From assembly GCA_035430005.1 (NCBI GenBank), contig DAOMFV010000012.1, forward strand, positions 591 to 64,590: a DNA stretch of 64,000 nt, read 5' to 3'. Shown here in pieces: positions 27,575-36,976 of this stretch. This DNA is from Gemmatales bacterium (GTDB lineage: Bacteria > Planctomycetota > Planctomycetia > Gemmatales > HRBIN36). A program made the position numbers and the translations under genes. Position 1 is the first letter of the stretch, and every line of letters starts with the position of its first letter. The notes beneath the pieces are model-generated. The model had not been told where the DNA came from. It saw only the letters and a program-made list of their open reading frames with translations, and made no database searches.

Positions 27575-27607
27575 ACCGGCTCCGTACAGGAGCCGGTTTT
27601 TTGTTTT
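27575..27607 (+). terminator. Rho-independent terminator
   Basis: ACCGGCTCC (27575-27583) pairs with GGAGCCGGT (27589-27597) around the loop GTACA, followed by TTTTTGTTTT. Confidence 0.8.
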
Positions 27608-27765
27608 AACTCTCTCGTCTCTGGCCCCCCGACCAGGGACGCACTGTAACGCCCCCTCTGCCGGAAGTCTGGTTGTGTTATGCAGGCGAGCCACACTTCA
27701 CTGACGTGTGGCGGAGCCGGACTTGCAGCCCGTGTCCTGTGAGAGACAGGGCACCAGTTCACTTG

Positions 27766-28521
27766 CTAGTTTTCCTTCGTCCGCACCCTCGGCAGCAACC
27801 ACCAGCAGAGCAGATGGGTTGGGAGATAAATCCCTACCGTCAGCAGTGCCAGGTACATCACGAAATATTCATCCGGGTGCATCGCCATCTGAGCATGCTC
27901 TTCGCCGGTCAGCCCGTAAACGTAGTTGATGTTGGCAGGCATGTCGGGGTCGCGGAGTTGCTGTTTGGTAACGGGATCGACACAGGGGCTGGGTGCGGGC
28001 ATGTAGACATAGCAGATGGTGAGCAGCACCCAGGCGCCGACGATCCAGATCACCACGCCGCGCTTGTCGTAGCCGACCCGCCAGACGAGATAGAGCAACA
28101 GAAACGGCAGCCAGAAGTGGAAGAACGAGAGGAACCGCAGCATCCAGGGTGGGCGGAACATGTATTCGGTCATGCCCATCAGGTGCGTGCTCCAGAAGCC
28201 GAGGTAGTTGCCCAGTTCAAAGAAGAAGTCGAGCACCCACAAGAGTTGGGGTAGCAGAATGCCCACCAGGCAGGCGGAAAGCAGTTGCGGACTTTCGAGC
28301 CAGATCGCAATCAGTGTTACGATGGCAGCAACGTCGCAGAAGTAGAGGAAGTTCGTGGGGCCATATCGCTTCAGGTAGATGGGCAGGAGGATCGCCATGA
28401 ACAGCGTGTATGCCACTTTGAGCCAGAGCGGGATGCGGTTCTTCGCTGGGAGAGGAAACATATCTAATCTCGTGGGCAACAGTCTCCGCATCGTACCGGG
28501 GTAGAATGGGGAACACAACAA
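27766..28521 (-). CDS. polytopic membrane protein, unknown function
   Basis: 251-aa strongly hydrophobic ORF with about 6 TM segments. Confidence 0.55.
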   Translation of the reverse strand: MLCSPFYPGTMRRLLPTRLDMFPLPAKNRIPLWLKVAYTLFMAILLPIYLKRYGPTNFLYFCDVAAIVTLIAIWLESPQLLSACLVGILLPQLLWVLDFFFELGNYLGFWSTHLMGMTEYMFRPPWMLRFLSFFHFWLPFLLLYLVWRVGYDKRGVVIWIVGAWVLLTICYVYMPAPSPCVDPVTKQQLRDPDMPANINYVYGLTGEEHAQMAMHPDEYFVMYLALLTVGIYLPTHLLCWWLLPRVRTKEN

Positions 28522-28603
28522 CTAACGGCGATAAGCTGGAGGCGGGGAATGTGGTGATATATAACACGACTAGTGATTATTACTTCTACTAACATGGTGG
28601 GGC

Positions 28604-28698
28604 GTGGCAGGGGTCAACGGTACCCCGTTGCCCCCTGCATAAGGTGCAATACCTTCACCATGCAGCAGGGGCAGTTGAGTACAACTGACCCCTGCCAC
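28604..28698. repeat. PAL-C nested-hairpin element, copy 2
   Basis: GTGGCAGGGGTCA...TGCCCCCTGCAT...CATGCAGCAGGGGCA..GAGTACA..TGACCCCTGCCAC. The architecture and arm sequences match those at 7780-7879. Confidence 0.85.
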
Positions 28699-28735
28699 GA
28701 TTCCATTCACGCTGGTTAACACAAGGGCAAATCTC

Positions 28736-29137
28736 ATGTCGCATCACGCCAAAGGAACCTTCGAGGTCAAACTGGTTCCACAGTCTGTCACCCATACTGA
28801 ACTGGCAGAATCGATTGGCCGCATGTCGATCGATAAGAAGTTCGTCGGCGACCTGACCGGCTCCAGCCTGGGCGAGATGCTCTCCGCCATGGGCACGGTC
28901 AAAGGCTCGGCAGGGTATGTCGCCATCGAGAAAGTCACCGGTTCGCTTCAGGGGAAGACCGGCACGTTCTGCCTGCAGCACACCGGCGTCATGAACCGTG
29001 GGGCACCATCGCTTGTCGTCACGGTCATCCCCGATTCGGGCACCGGTGAACTGGCCGGCCTCAGCGGCACGCTTACGATCAAGATTGAAAACAAGCAGCA
29101 CTACTATGAGTTTGAATATATGTTGCCGGCTTCATAG
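28736..29137 (+). CDS. DUF3224-domain protein
   Basis: MSHHAKGTFEVKLVPQ..., GRMSIDKKFVGDL, GSAGYVAIEKVTGSLQGKTGTF and VIPDSGTGELAGL match my recollection of the DUF3224 consensus. Confidence 0.7.
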   Translation: MSHHAKGTFEVKLVPQSVTHTELAESIGRMSIDKKFVGDLTGSSLGEMLSAMGTVKGSAGYVAIEKVTGSLQGKTGTFCLQHTGVMNRGAPSLVVTVIPDSGTGELAGLSGTLTIKIENKQHYYEFEYMLPAS

Positions 29138-29215
29138 TTGCCATTACGCTCCGCGTGATGGAGCAGAGAATTTCTGCCATCGGCAAGGGTAATTGAAATA
29201 CGTCACGCCTCCGCT

Positions 29216-29236
29216 CCCTCATGCGGAGCATGAGGG
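29216..29236. terminator. hairpin between convergent genes
   Basis: CCCTCATG pairs with CATGAGGG around a 5-nt loop, between the stops at 29137 (+) and 29242 (-). Confidence 0.45.
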
Positions 29237-29241
29237 CAACT

Positions 29242-30042
29242 CTAGCGAAACCTTTTGCACTGCTTGAAGAACGTCAACGGATTATCAAATACCACCTTCT
29301 GAATCACCGCCTCGCTGTGACCACGCCGTTTCATCTCTTGAATAAACTCAGGCACCGCCAGCGGATCGGACTTGCCCCAGTCGCCGGCTGAGTTGACCAT
29401 GATGCGGTCGGTGCCTACTCGTTCAATCACATCGGCAGCACGGGCCGGGGTGCATTTGGTAATCGGGTAAAGCGTCATGCCACACCAGTGACCGGCATCA
29501 AGAGCGAGCTTGACGGTGTGCTCTTCGACATGATCAATCAGCACCCGATGGGGGGTAATGCGTTTGTCGTTCTTGAACATGTCAAGAATCATCCGGGTGC
29601 CCTGATACTTGTCTTCCAGGTGAGGCGTATGGACGAGGATAAGTTCATCGGTCTTCATCGCCAGGTCGAGATGTTCCAGAAAGACCGTAGCTTCGTTGCG
29701 GGTGTTCTTGTTGAGGCCAATCTCACCGATGCCCAGCACATTGGGGCGATCGAGAAACTCGGGGATGATCTTGATCACCTCACGAGAGAGGGCGACGTTC
29801 TCCGCTTCCTTGGCATTGATGCAGAGCCAACTGTAGTGCTTGATGCCGAACAGCGCCGCCCGCTTGGGTTCGACCTCAACCAAATGGCGGAAGTAATCCC
29901 GGAAGCCTTCAGCGGAGCCCCGATCAAACCCGGCCCAGAAGGCAGGTTCCGATACCAACTGACAGCCTGCATAGGCCATCCGCTGGTAGTCGTCGGTGAC
30001 ACGGGAGATCATGTGGATATGCGGGTCGATGTAGTGAGGCAA
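29242..30042 (-). CDS. TatD-related metal-dependent hydrolase
   Basis: N-terminal YIDPHIHM metal-binding motif and a TIM-barrel amidohydrolase-like pattern (LVHTPH, IDHVEE). The start codon at 30042 is TTG. Confidence 0.7.
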   Translation of the reverse strand: MPHYIDPHIHMISRVTDDYQRMAYAGCQLVSEPAFWAGFDRGSAEGFRDYFRHLVEVEPKRAALFGIKHYSWLCINAKEAENVALSREVIKIIPEFLDRPNVLGIGEIGLNKNTRNEATVFLEHLDLAMKTDELILVHTPHLEDKYQGTRMILDMFKNDKRITPHRVLIDHVEEHTVKLALDAGHWCGMTLYPITKCTPARAADVIERVGTDRIMVNSAGDWGKSDPLAVPEFIQEMKRRGHSEAVIQKVVFDNPLTFFKQCKRFR

Positions 30043-30318
30043 GGCACGGGCACCTTCGATGAAATCATGACGAGGTTGATTCTATTCCATCATAACCACT
30101 CGATGGCTACTTGTACGAGGTTTCATTTACAACCACCGAACCACAGTGGGCGATTCTCGTCCAGGATGGATGTTATTTAGCTAATTGTTGTCGCTTCATG
30201 GGCTTTTGTTCTGTCCTGTCCTGGTGTGACAGTAAATCACATACTCAATTAAGTCTTATTTAGACTGCTCATCTGCCTCTACAGCTGAATGAAACCTTAA
30301 CGGCACTTCGCATGCCAA

Positions 30319-30334
30319 TGGCACGCATTTCGCT
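30319..30334 (+). promoter_or_regulatory. candidate sigma54 (-24/-12) promoter of the RND efflux operon
   Basis: TGGCACG-CATT-TCGCT compared with the consensus TGGCACG-N4-TTGCW. GG (30320-21) and GC (30332-33) have the canonical 12-nt offset. A sigma54-dependent activator gene lies at the other end of the operon. Confidence 0.5.
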
Positions 30335-30371
30335 TAATGCACCTCGTCCGCATCTACTTGAATCACTCTTG

Positions 30372-30413
30372 TCTAACAAACCACATGAAATCTCTAACAA
30401 ACCACATGAAATC
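30372..30413 (+). repeat. perfect 21-bp tandem duplication (x2)
   Basis: TCTAACAAACCACATGAAATC occurs at 30372-30392 and again at 30393-30413. It duplicates an in-frame ATG (30385 and 30406). Confidence 0.95.
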
Positions 30414-31785
30414 TATCGTGAAAGTCCTGGGATCATCGATCAAATCGCTGGCAGTGATTTGCATGGTCGTCTTATTGCTGGTGGGCAGCATAGCCGGTGG
30501 TTGGATGCTGCTGCGAAGTACCGCTCGTGCTGAATCGCCGGCGACGAGCAACAAGACGGTCAAAGTAGAAACCTTGAAGAGACTGGGGCTCAATCGTTTT
30601 ACCTTGCCACAAGGTTATGCGGAACGAGTGGGACTACAGCTTGGAGAGATCAAGCGTTCGGATCAGCCTTTCCAGTTGCCACCACTGCAAGGAACGCTGG
30701 CCCTGGATGCTGACCAGCAGGTGCGCATTCACAGTCGATTCGCGGGCGAGATCGTTTCGCTGGGAACGACGAAGGTAAAGCTCAACACCAGTCCTGGCGA
30801 AACCGACCGGTTCGAGACTCGTCCGCTGCGCTATCTTGACCAGGTCAAGAAAGGCGATCTGCTGGCAGTGGTCTGGAGTAAGGATCTCGGGGAAAAGAAG
30901 AGTGAACTGATCGAAGCCTGTTCCAAGCTCAAGACCGATGAAGAGACGTTGAACCGGCTCAAGACTTTGGGACAGGAAGGCGCTTCCTCGGAACGAAGCA
31001 TTCGAGACGCTCAGCGGACCTACGATGCTGACCGCATCGCTCTCGAACGAGCCGAGCGGACGCTGCGGTCCTGGAGGCTGACCGATGAAGAGATCAAGGA
31101 GGTTCGACAGGAAGCGGTTCTGAACAAAAACGGAACCCGTACCGAGAACCAGCAGAACTGGGCAAGGGTCGAAGTACGCGCCCCTCAGGACGGCGTCATC
31201 CTCGAAAAGAACTTCAGCGTGGGTGACATCATCGATACCAATTTCGATCTCTTCAAGCTGGGCCATCTCAAGCAGCTCAAAGTATGGGCACATGCGTATG
31301 AGGAAGACCTGCCTCTGCTCGAATCGCTGCCCAAACCCTATCGCTGCGAAATCTGTCTGCCTGCCCAATCGGGCGCCAACTGTACTGGTGAGATTCAACA
31401 GATCGGAGCGGTGGTCGATCCGAATCAGCATACCGTGCTGGTGATGGGCACCGTCAACAACGATCAGGGCCATTTGAGAATCGGGCAGTTCGTCACGGTC
31501 AAGCTATCGCTTCCTCCCCGGCATGATGAACTGCTTTTGCCTGCGGAAGCTCTGGTCGAAGATGGGAAGGAGAGCGTGATCTTCCTCAAGAAAGCTGACA
31601 ACGACTATGAACGACGGGCGGTGCACGTTCTCCGGCGTACCAGAGAAAATGTGGTGCTCCGCAACTCTACCGATGGACTGCAACCTGGACAGCAGATCGT
31701 CACCCGCGGGGCACTGCTCTTGCGAGAAGCTCTGGAAGAGCAAAAGAACGACGAGCCTGTAGAGAAGAACGCTCCCAAGTCTTAG
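30385..31785 (+). CDS. efflux RND periplasmic adaptor (membrane fusion protein)
   Basis: N-terminal anchor helix, coiled-coil hairpin region (ERSIRDAQRTYDADRIALERAERTLRSW) and beta-barrel C-terminal part. It sits immediately upstream of the RND permease. Candidate starts are 30337, 30385 and 30406. ATG 30337 lies upstream of the predicted sigma54 transcription start. Confidence 0.85.
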   Translation: MKSLTNHMKSIVKVLGSSIKSLAVICMVVLLLVGSIAGGWMLLRSTARAESPATSNKTVKVETLKRLGLNRFTLPQGYAERVGLQLGEIKRSDQPFQLPPLQGTLALDADQQVRIHSRFAGEIVSLGTTKVKLNTSPGETDRFETRPLRYLDQVKKGDLLAVVWSKDLGEKKSELIEACSKLKTDEETLNRLKTLGQEGASSERSIRDAQRTYDADRIALERAERTLRSWRLTDEEIKEVRQEAVLNKNGTRTENQQNWARVEVRAPQDGVILEKNFSVGDIIDTNFDLFKLGHLKQLKVWAHAYEEDLPLLESLPKPYRCEICLPAQSGANCTGEIQQIGAVVDPNQHTVLVMGTVNNDQGHLRIGQFVTVKLSLPPRHDELLLPAEALVEDGKESVIFLKKADNDYERRAVHVLRRTRENVVLRNSTDGLQPGQQIVTRGALLLREALEEQKNDEPVEKNAPKS

Positions 31786-31790
31786 GTATT

Positions 31791-31848
31791 CTCCCCCCAC
31801 CCTTTTCTCTCAGTTCCCCTCGGAAGAGAAAAGGGCTGGGGTGAGGGG
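31791..31848. repeat. PAL-B variant
   Basis: CCCTTTTCTCT (31800-31810) pairs with AGAGAAAAGGG (31825-31835), followed by CTGGGGTGAGGGG. Confidence 0.7.
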
Positions 31849-31886
31849 ATACTTGATGCTAAGTAATTCCTCAGAAGTCATTAGGA

Positions 31887-31933
31887 GGGCCAGACATTCC
31901 TGTCTGTGCCAGCCAGACAGGAATGTCTGGCCC
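31887..31933. repeat. 20-bp perfect-stem hairpin in the MFP-RND spacer
   Basis: GGGCCAGACATTCCTGTCTG (31887-31906) pairs with CAGACAGGAATGTCTGGCCC (31914-31933) around a 7-nt loop. Confidence 0.9.
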
Positions 31934-31999
31934 ACCAACCTAATAATTCTGCAAGAGCACTTATTTCTTTCCACTTAGAATAATCAAAAGGCTGTTACA

Positions 32000-34900
32000 G
32001 TGGTTCGCCAACTCATTGCCTGGTCCCTTGCCAACCCGCTTATCGTCTGTCTGCTAGCCATCACGCTCTTCGTGCTGGGTGGCTACGCTTTCACCGCGGT
32101 AAACATCGAAGCCTATCCTGATCCCGCACCGGCCATCATTGAGGTGGTTGCCCAATACCCGGGTGCTTCAGCGGAAGAGATCGAACGCCTGGTCACTATA
32201 CCTCTGGAAGTAGCGCTGGCCGGCATGCCCGGACTCGAATCGTGCCGATCCAAATCGCTGTTTGGCCTGGCCCATCTTCGCAATCAATTCAGTTATGCCC
32301 GTGACTATGAACAGGCGAAGCAGGATGTGATCAATCGCCTGGCCATGGCGACTCTGCCCAATGGGGTTAGCCCTCAGATATCGCCTGCCTCGCCGATCGG
32401 GGAGATTCTGCGCTACACTCTCAAGAACCCTCGTGATGCACACGGCCAACCACTCTATACGATCAATGACCTGAAAGCGCTTCAAGACTACACCATCCAG
32501 CGCGAACTGCTTCGGGTGCCACGCATTGCCGGCGTGACGGCGGCGGGCGGCATGACCAAGCGCTACGAAGTCCAGCCCGATCCGGTGCGGCTCAATCGCT
32601 ATGGCATCAGCTTGAGTCAGTTGCAAACCGCGCTGGGCAACGCAAACACCAACGGCTCAGGCGACAACGTGACCCAGGGGGCCATGAACATTGTTGTCCG
32701 TACGCTGGGCCTCTTTGGCCAGGGACAGGATCCCCAACAGCAGGTGCTGGGGATGAAAGACCCGGTAACTGCAGCCCGTTATCTTCGAGATGAGGAAGCC
32801 CGGCGGTGCATCGAAATCCGTCAGACTGTAGTAGCCAGCAATAATAATGTTCCCATCCGGGTTGATCAACTTGTTGATGGCGGCCCGCTGCTTAACAGCG
32901 AGGGACAGCCCAATGTCGATAATCGGGAGTTGGTCAAGCGAGGTGTGGTCGTCAGCAATCAAACCAGGCAGGGACGGGTCAGCATCACCAAACCGCGGCT
33001 CGATGCTAACGAAAAACCGGTGTTGAACGAGCAGGGCAAGCCCATCTGGGACGATGAAGACGATGTAGTACAGGGAATTGTCCTGCTCCGCAAAGGGCAG
33101 GAATCGTTACCGGCCCTGCGAGACCTGTTGAAGAAGGTCGAAGAGCTGAATCAGCCGGGGCGACTGCTGCCCGGCGTCGAAATCGTTCCGTTCTACAATC
33201 GCACTGATTTGATTAATCGGACGACGGAGACGGTGCATGAGAACCTGCTGGTGGGCATGGCACTGGTCAGCGTCATCCTGCTGATGTTCCTGGGCAATGT
33301 CCGGGCTACCATTATTGTTGCCTTGAATATCCCCCTGGCCTTGCTCTTTGCCTTCGGTGTGCTCTATGCTCGCAACAAGTCAGCCAATCTGCTTTCCATC
33401 GGCGCGGTGGACTTTGGCATCATCGTCGATTCCACGGTGATCATTGTCGAAAGCATCTTCACAGCACTCACCGCAGATTCCTTGAACCACCTCACTATCG
33501 AAGACAAGATCAAGCAGGCCTGCGGGCGGGTCGAACGCAGCCTCTTTTTTGCTACCGTGGTGATGGTCTGTGCGCTGTTACCGCTCTTCACCATGAAGGG
33601 ACCGGAAGGCCAAATCTTCGGGCCTATGGCTGATACCTATGCCTTCTCGCTGGCTGGTGCATTGCTGTTGGCGCTCACCGTTTCTCCCGTCCTCTGCTTC
33701 CTGTTGTTACGACGGCTGAAACCTCGCAAAGAGAATCTGTTGGTTCGTGCCTTGCAGGCCTTCTTCGTCCTCCAACTTCGGCTCCTGTTGACAGTACGCT
33801 GGATCACCCTGGCCCTTTTCCTCGGCTTGTTGAGCATGACGGCTGCGGTGCTCTACGACACAGGCCGTGAGTTCATGCCCGAACTGGAAGAAGGCAACAT
33901 GATGATTCGTGGCACCTTCCCCGTTAATGTGTCGCTCGATGAAGTGACCCGCTATGCCAGAGAGTTCCGTGCCGGCCTGCAACAGTTCGGCGAACTAGCG
34001 GTTATCGTCCCCGCTATCGGTCGTCCCGATGATGGCACCGATCCAACGGGCTACTACAACATGGAGACGTTCATCCCGCTCCTACCCGATGACAAATGGC
34101 CTGTCATCGAGAAGCTGGGCCGCAAGCACACCAAGGCTGAACTGGTGGATGATATCAATCAGTATCTTGATGAACGCTTTCCCGGAGTGGATTGGGACAT
34201 CTCGCAGATCATCCGTGACAACGTGATGGAAGCATTGTCGGGAGTGAAGGGCGAGAACTCGATCAAGATCTTCGGGCCTGACTTGAACACGCTGGAAGAA
34301 ACAGCGATGAAGATGAAGGAAGTGCTACAGAACATCAAAGGGGTCGATAATCCCGGTGTCTTCCGCACCCAGGGACAATCAAATCTCGAACTTCCTGTTG
34401 ATCGTAACAAGTGTGCCCGTTGGAACGTCTCGGTGGCTGACGTGCAATCGACGGTGCAAGCTGCGGTCGGGGCCAAAGCTGTCACCCAAATGCAGGAAGG
34501 CGGCAAGTCGTTCGATATCTCCATCCGGTGGCCCGAACGACTAAGGAAGGATGAGACCGCCATCCTGCAGATCACCGTCCCGGTCAGCAACCAGGTCAGC
34601 TCCAATAATCAACTGACCCAGAATGGCACGCTGGTCAGTAGTGCGGCCACTGGCTTGTCGACCTCAGGAACCAACATTCCAGCCCCCGTTATTACTGGCA
34701 GCACGCTCGATTCCGCTCAGGTATCGCCGCTGAATCCCTCTCGCCGGCTGGTTGATCTGGTGACACCTCAGCCGGGCCAGTCTGCCAAGCCGGGCGACCC
34801 CTTGTCGTACCTGCGGCCCGGCGCTTCCACCATCTATCGAGAATCGGGACAGCGGCTCATCGCTGTGAAGTTTGGCGTCCGTGAGCGTGACCTGGCGAGC

Positions 34901-35512
34901 ACCGTGGCCGAGGCCAAGCTCAAAGTAGAGCCGATGTTGAAGGCTCCTTATCGTGCTGAGTGGTCGGGCGAGTTTCAGGAAATGGAAGAAGCTGAGGCCC
35001 GCCTGGCCAAGACCTTCCTGGTTTCATTGGCTCTGATCGCTTTGCTCATTTACATGGCATTCCGCTCATTCCTCGATGCTGCGGTGGTCTTTGGCAACGT
35101 CCTGGCGATGGGGATCGGAGGAGTCTGGGCACTCAAGCTGGCGGGGCTCAATCTCAACATCTCGGCTGCGGTGGGCTTTATTTCGATCCTGGGTGTCGCA
35201 GTGATGAATGGCTTGCTGCTGGTGTCGTCCTTCAACCGGCTGCGGTCGCAAGGAGTCGAATTGAACGAAGCCTTGATACAGGGCACCCGGTCTTTGATTC
35301 GGCCTATCGTCATGACAGCGCTGGCTGCGATTCTTGGCCTCTTGCCTGCTGCCTTTTCGACCAAGATTGGATCGCAATCGCAGCGCCCCCTGGCTGTCGT
35401 CGTGGTGGGCGGGATGACCTTCACCCTGATCGCCCTGAACATTGTGCCGGTGCTCTACAGCTTCTATGGCAAACGCAAGCCGAATGCCTCAGCCGGCGAT
35501 ATGGGGCACTAG
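32000..35512 (+). CDS. RND efflux permease, CzcA/CusA-like
   Basis: 1170 aa with a 12-TM RND layout. The N-terminus (LANPLIVCLLAITLFVLGGYAF..VNIEAYPDPAPAIIEV) is typical of the heavy-metal-efflux RND class. The start codon is GTG. Confidence 0.9.
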   Translation: MVRQLIAWSLANPLIVCLLAITLFVLGGYAFTAVNIEAYPDPAPAIIEVVAQYPGASAEEIERLVTIPLEVALAGMPGLESCRSKSLFGLAHLRNQFSYARDYEQAKQDVINRLAMATLPNGVSPQISPASPIGEILRYTLKNPRDAHGQPLYTINDLKALQDYTIQRELLRVPRIAGVTAAGGMTKRYEVQPDPVRLNRYGISLSQLQTALGNANTNGSGDNVTQGAMNIVVRTLGLFGQGQDPQQQVLGMKDPVTAARYLRDEEARRCIEIRQTVVASNNNVPIRVDQLVDGGPLLNSEGQPNVDNRELVKRGVVVSNQTRQGRVSITKPRLDANEKPVLNEQGKPIWDDEDDVVQGIVLLRKGQESLPALRDLLKKVEELNQPGRLLPGVEIVPFYNRTDLINRTTETVHENLLVGMALVSVILLMFLGNVRATIIVALNIPLALLFAFGVLYARNKSANLLSIGAVDFGIIVDSTVIIVESIFTALTADSLNHLTIEDKIKQACGRVERSLFFATVVMVCALLPLFTMKGPEGQIFGPMADTYAFSLAGALLLALTVSPVLCFLLLRRLKPRKENLLVRALQAFFVLQLRLLLTVRWITLALFLGLLSMTAAVLYDTGREFMPELEEGNMMIRGTFPVNVSLDEVTRYAREFRAGLQQFGELAVIVPAIGRPDDGTDPTGYYNMETFIPLLPDDKWPVIEKLGRKHTKAELVDDINQYLDERFPGVDWDISQIIRDNVMEALSGVKGENSIKIFGPDLNTLEETAMKMKEVLQNIKGVDNPGVFRTQGQSNLELPVDRNKCARWNVSVADVQSTVQAAVGAKAVTQMQEGGKSFDISIRWPERLRKDETAILQITVPVSNQVSSNNQLTQNGTLVSSAATGLSTSGTNIPAPVITGSTLDSAQVSPLNPSRRLVDLVTPQPGQSAKPGDPLSYLRPGASTIYRESGQRLIAVKFGVRERDLASTVAEAKLKVEPMLKAPYRAEWSGEFQEMEEAEARLAKTFLVSLALIALLIYMAFRSFLDAAVVFGNVLAMGIGGVWALKLAGLNLNISAAVGFISILGVAVMNGLLLVSSFNRLRSQGVELNEALIQGTRSLIRPIVMTALAAILGLLPAAFSTKIGSQSQRPLAVVVVGGMTFTLIALNIVPVLYSFYGKRKPNASAGDMGH

Positions 35513-35522
35513 GCTTTCTACC

Positions 35523-36971
35523 CTATTCCGGCTCTTCCTGTGAAATGACGTTGGAACGCTCTACGGTGATGTTCAGCGAACGGAGTTTCTGTCGCAACGT
35601 GGATCGTGTGATCCCCAAAAGTTCTGCTGCACGCAGTTGATTGCCCCGAGTATGTTGCAGTACCCCCGGCAGGAGTTGTCGTTCCATGACAGCCAGGCAT
35701 TCGTCATAGATGTCACGGGACCCCGATTCGAGACGCTCGGCGATGAAGCGATTCCAATCGAAGGTGGATGACGATGATCCTGCCTCTTCAAATGACGGCA
35801 CACCGATGAGCACGGGAAGGAACTCGGGCAGCAACACGGTTCCTGACATCTGTAGCACAGCCTGCTTCAAGACGCTTTGAAGTTCACGGACATTGCCCGG
35901 CCAATGGTATTTGCGCAAGACAAGCCGGGTCTCGGTCGGGATGACCGGCACTTCCCGCTTAATCTCCTGGGCGAAGCGCTGAATGCAATAATCGGTGAGA
36001 AGATCGAGGTCGTCGCCCCGTTCCCGCAGGGGTGGCACACGAATCGAGAAAACATTGAGTCGATAATAGAGATCGGACCGAAACTGCCCGGCAGCCATGC
36101 GCTTATCGAGGTCAGCGTTGGTGGCAGCCAGGACACGCACATCGACCTGGATGGTATCGGTTCCGCCTACCCGCTCAAAGCACCGTTCTTGGAGCACTCG
36201 CAGCAGCTTGACCTGGGCTGATACTGTCATCTCGCCGATTTCATCCAGCAGCAACGTGCCGCCGGTGCATTGTTCAAACTTGCCGATACGGCGGCGGTCG
36301 GCTCCGGTGAACGCTCCCTTTTCGTGACCAAACAGTTCACTTTCGATCAGGCTGTCTGGAATGGCCCCACAGTTGATGGCGACGAATGGTTTCTCCTTCC
36401 GCTGGCTGTGCTGGTAGATGGCCCGAGCGATGAGTTCCTTGCCGGTGCCACTTTCGCCAAGGATAAGGACGGTCTCGTCGGTGGAAGCGACCCGACCGAT
36501 GGCCTTGTAGACTTCCTGCATGGTGGGACAGCGGCCGATCAAGGCGTCGCCTTCGATCTTTCCATTAGTGTCGTTTGTTTCGGAAAGCAGTGCCGGAACC
36601 GTCATGAGTCTGCTGCTGGCGCAGGCTCGTGACACTACGTCTTGCAGGCGGCTGTACTCCACTGGCTTAAGTAGATAGTCGTAGGCACCACGCTTGATGG
36701 CTTCGATGGCCAGGTCCGCGGTGCCATGCCCGGTGATAAGAATGATGGGCACACGGGCATCGAACTGCTTCAGACGGTCAAATCCATTGAGGCCCGCCGC
36801 ATCGGGTAGATTCAGATCAAGGACGATGACATCAGGCTTGTCTTTCGTCAAAGCCTTGAGAGCATCCTGAATGTTGACTGCTTCCTGTACCGCATACTCC
36901 GGAGCATGAAAGGCCCGGCGAAACGCATGGCGGATGGCAGCTTCGTCATCAACAATCAACAGGCTATTCAT
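35523..36971 (-). CDS. sigma54-dependent response regulator (NtrC/AtoC type: REC + AAA+ + Fis HTH)
   Basis: Receiver domain (LLIVDDEAAIR, DVIVLDLNLPD), Walker A motif GESGTGKE, the GAFTGA motif (EKGAFTGA), and a C-terminal HTH (AAELLGITRSTLRQKL). Confidence 0.9.
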   Translation of the reverse strand: MNSLLIVDDEAAIRHAFRRAFHAPEYAVQEAVNIQDALKALTKDKPDVIVLDLNLPDAAGLNGFDRLKQFDARVPIILITGHGTADLAIEAIKRGAYDYLLKPVEYSRLQDVVSRACASSRLMTVPALLSETNDTNGKIEGDALIGRCPTMQEVYKAIGRVASTDETVLILGESGTGKELIARAIYQHSQRKEKPFVAINCGAIPDSLIESELFGHEKGAFTGADRRRIGKFEQCTGGTLLLDEIGEMTVSAQVKLLRVLQERCFERVGGTDTIQVDVRVLAATNADLDKRMAAGQFRSDLYYRLNVFSIRVPPLRERGDDLDLLTDYCIQRFAQEIKREVPVIPTETRLVLRKYHWPGNVRELQSVLKQAVLQMSGTVLLPEFLPVLIGVPSFEEAGSSSSTFDWNRFIAERLESGSRDIYDECLAVMERQLLPGVLQHTRGNQLRAAELLGITRSTLRQKLRSLNITVERSNVISQEEPE

Positions 36972-36976
36972 CTCAG

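Noticed and set aside
30337-30384. ATG 30337 as the start of the RND adaptor (ORF-track start)
   Set aside because: It lies 4 nt after the -12 box of the candidate sigma54 promoter, so it would be upstream of the transcription start. The encoded MHLVRIYLNHSCLTNH has no signal or anchor character. This remains uncertain until the transcription start is mapped.
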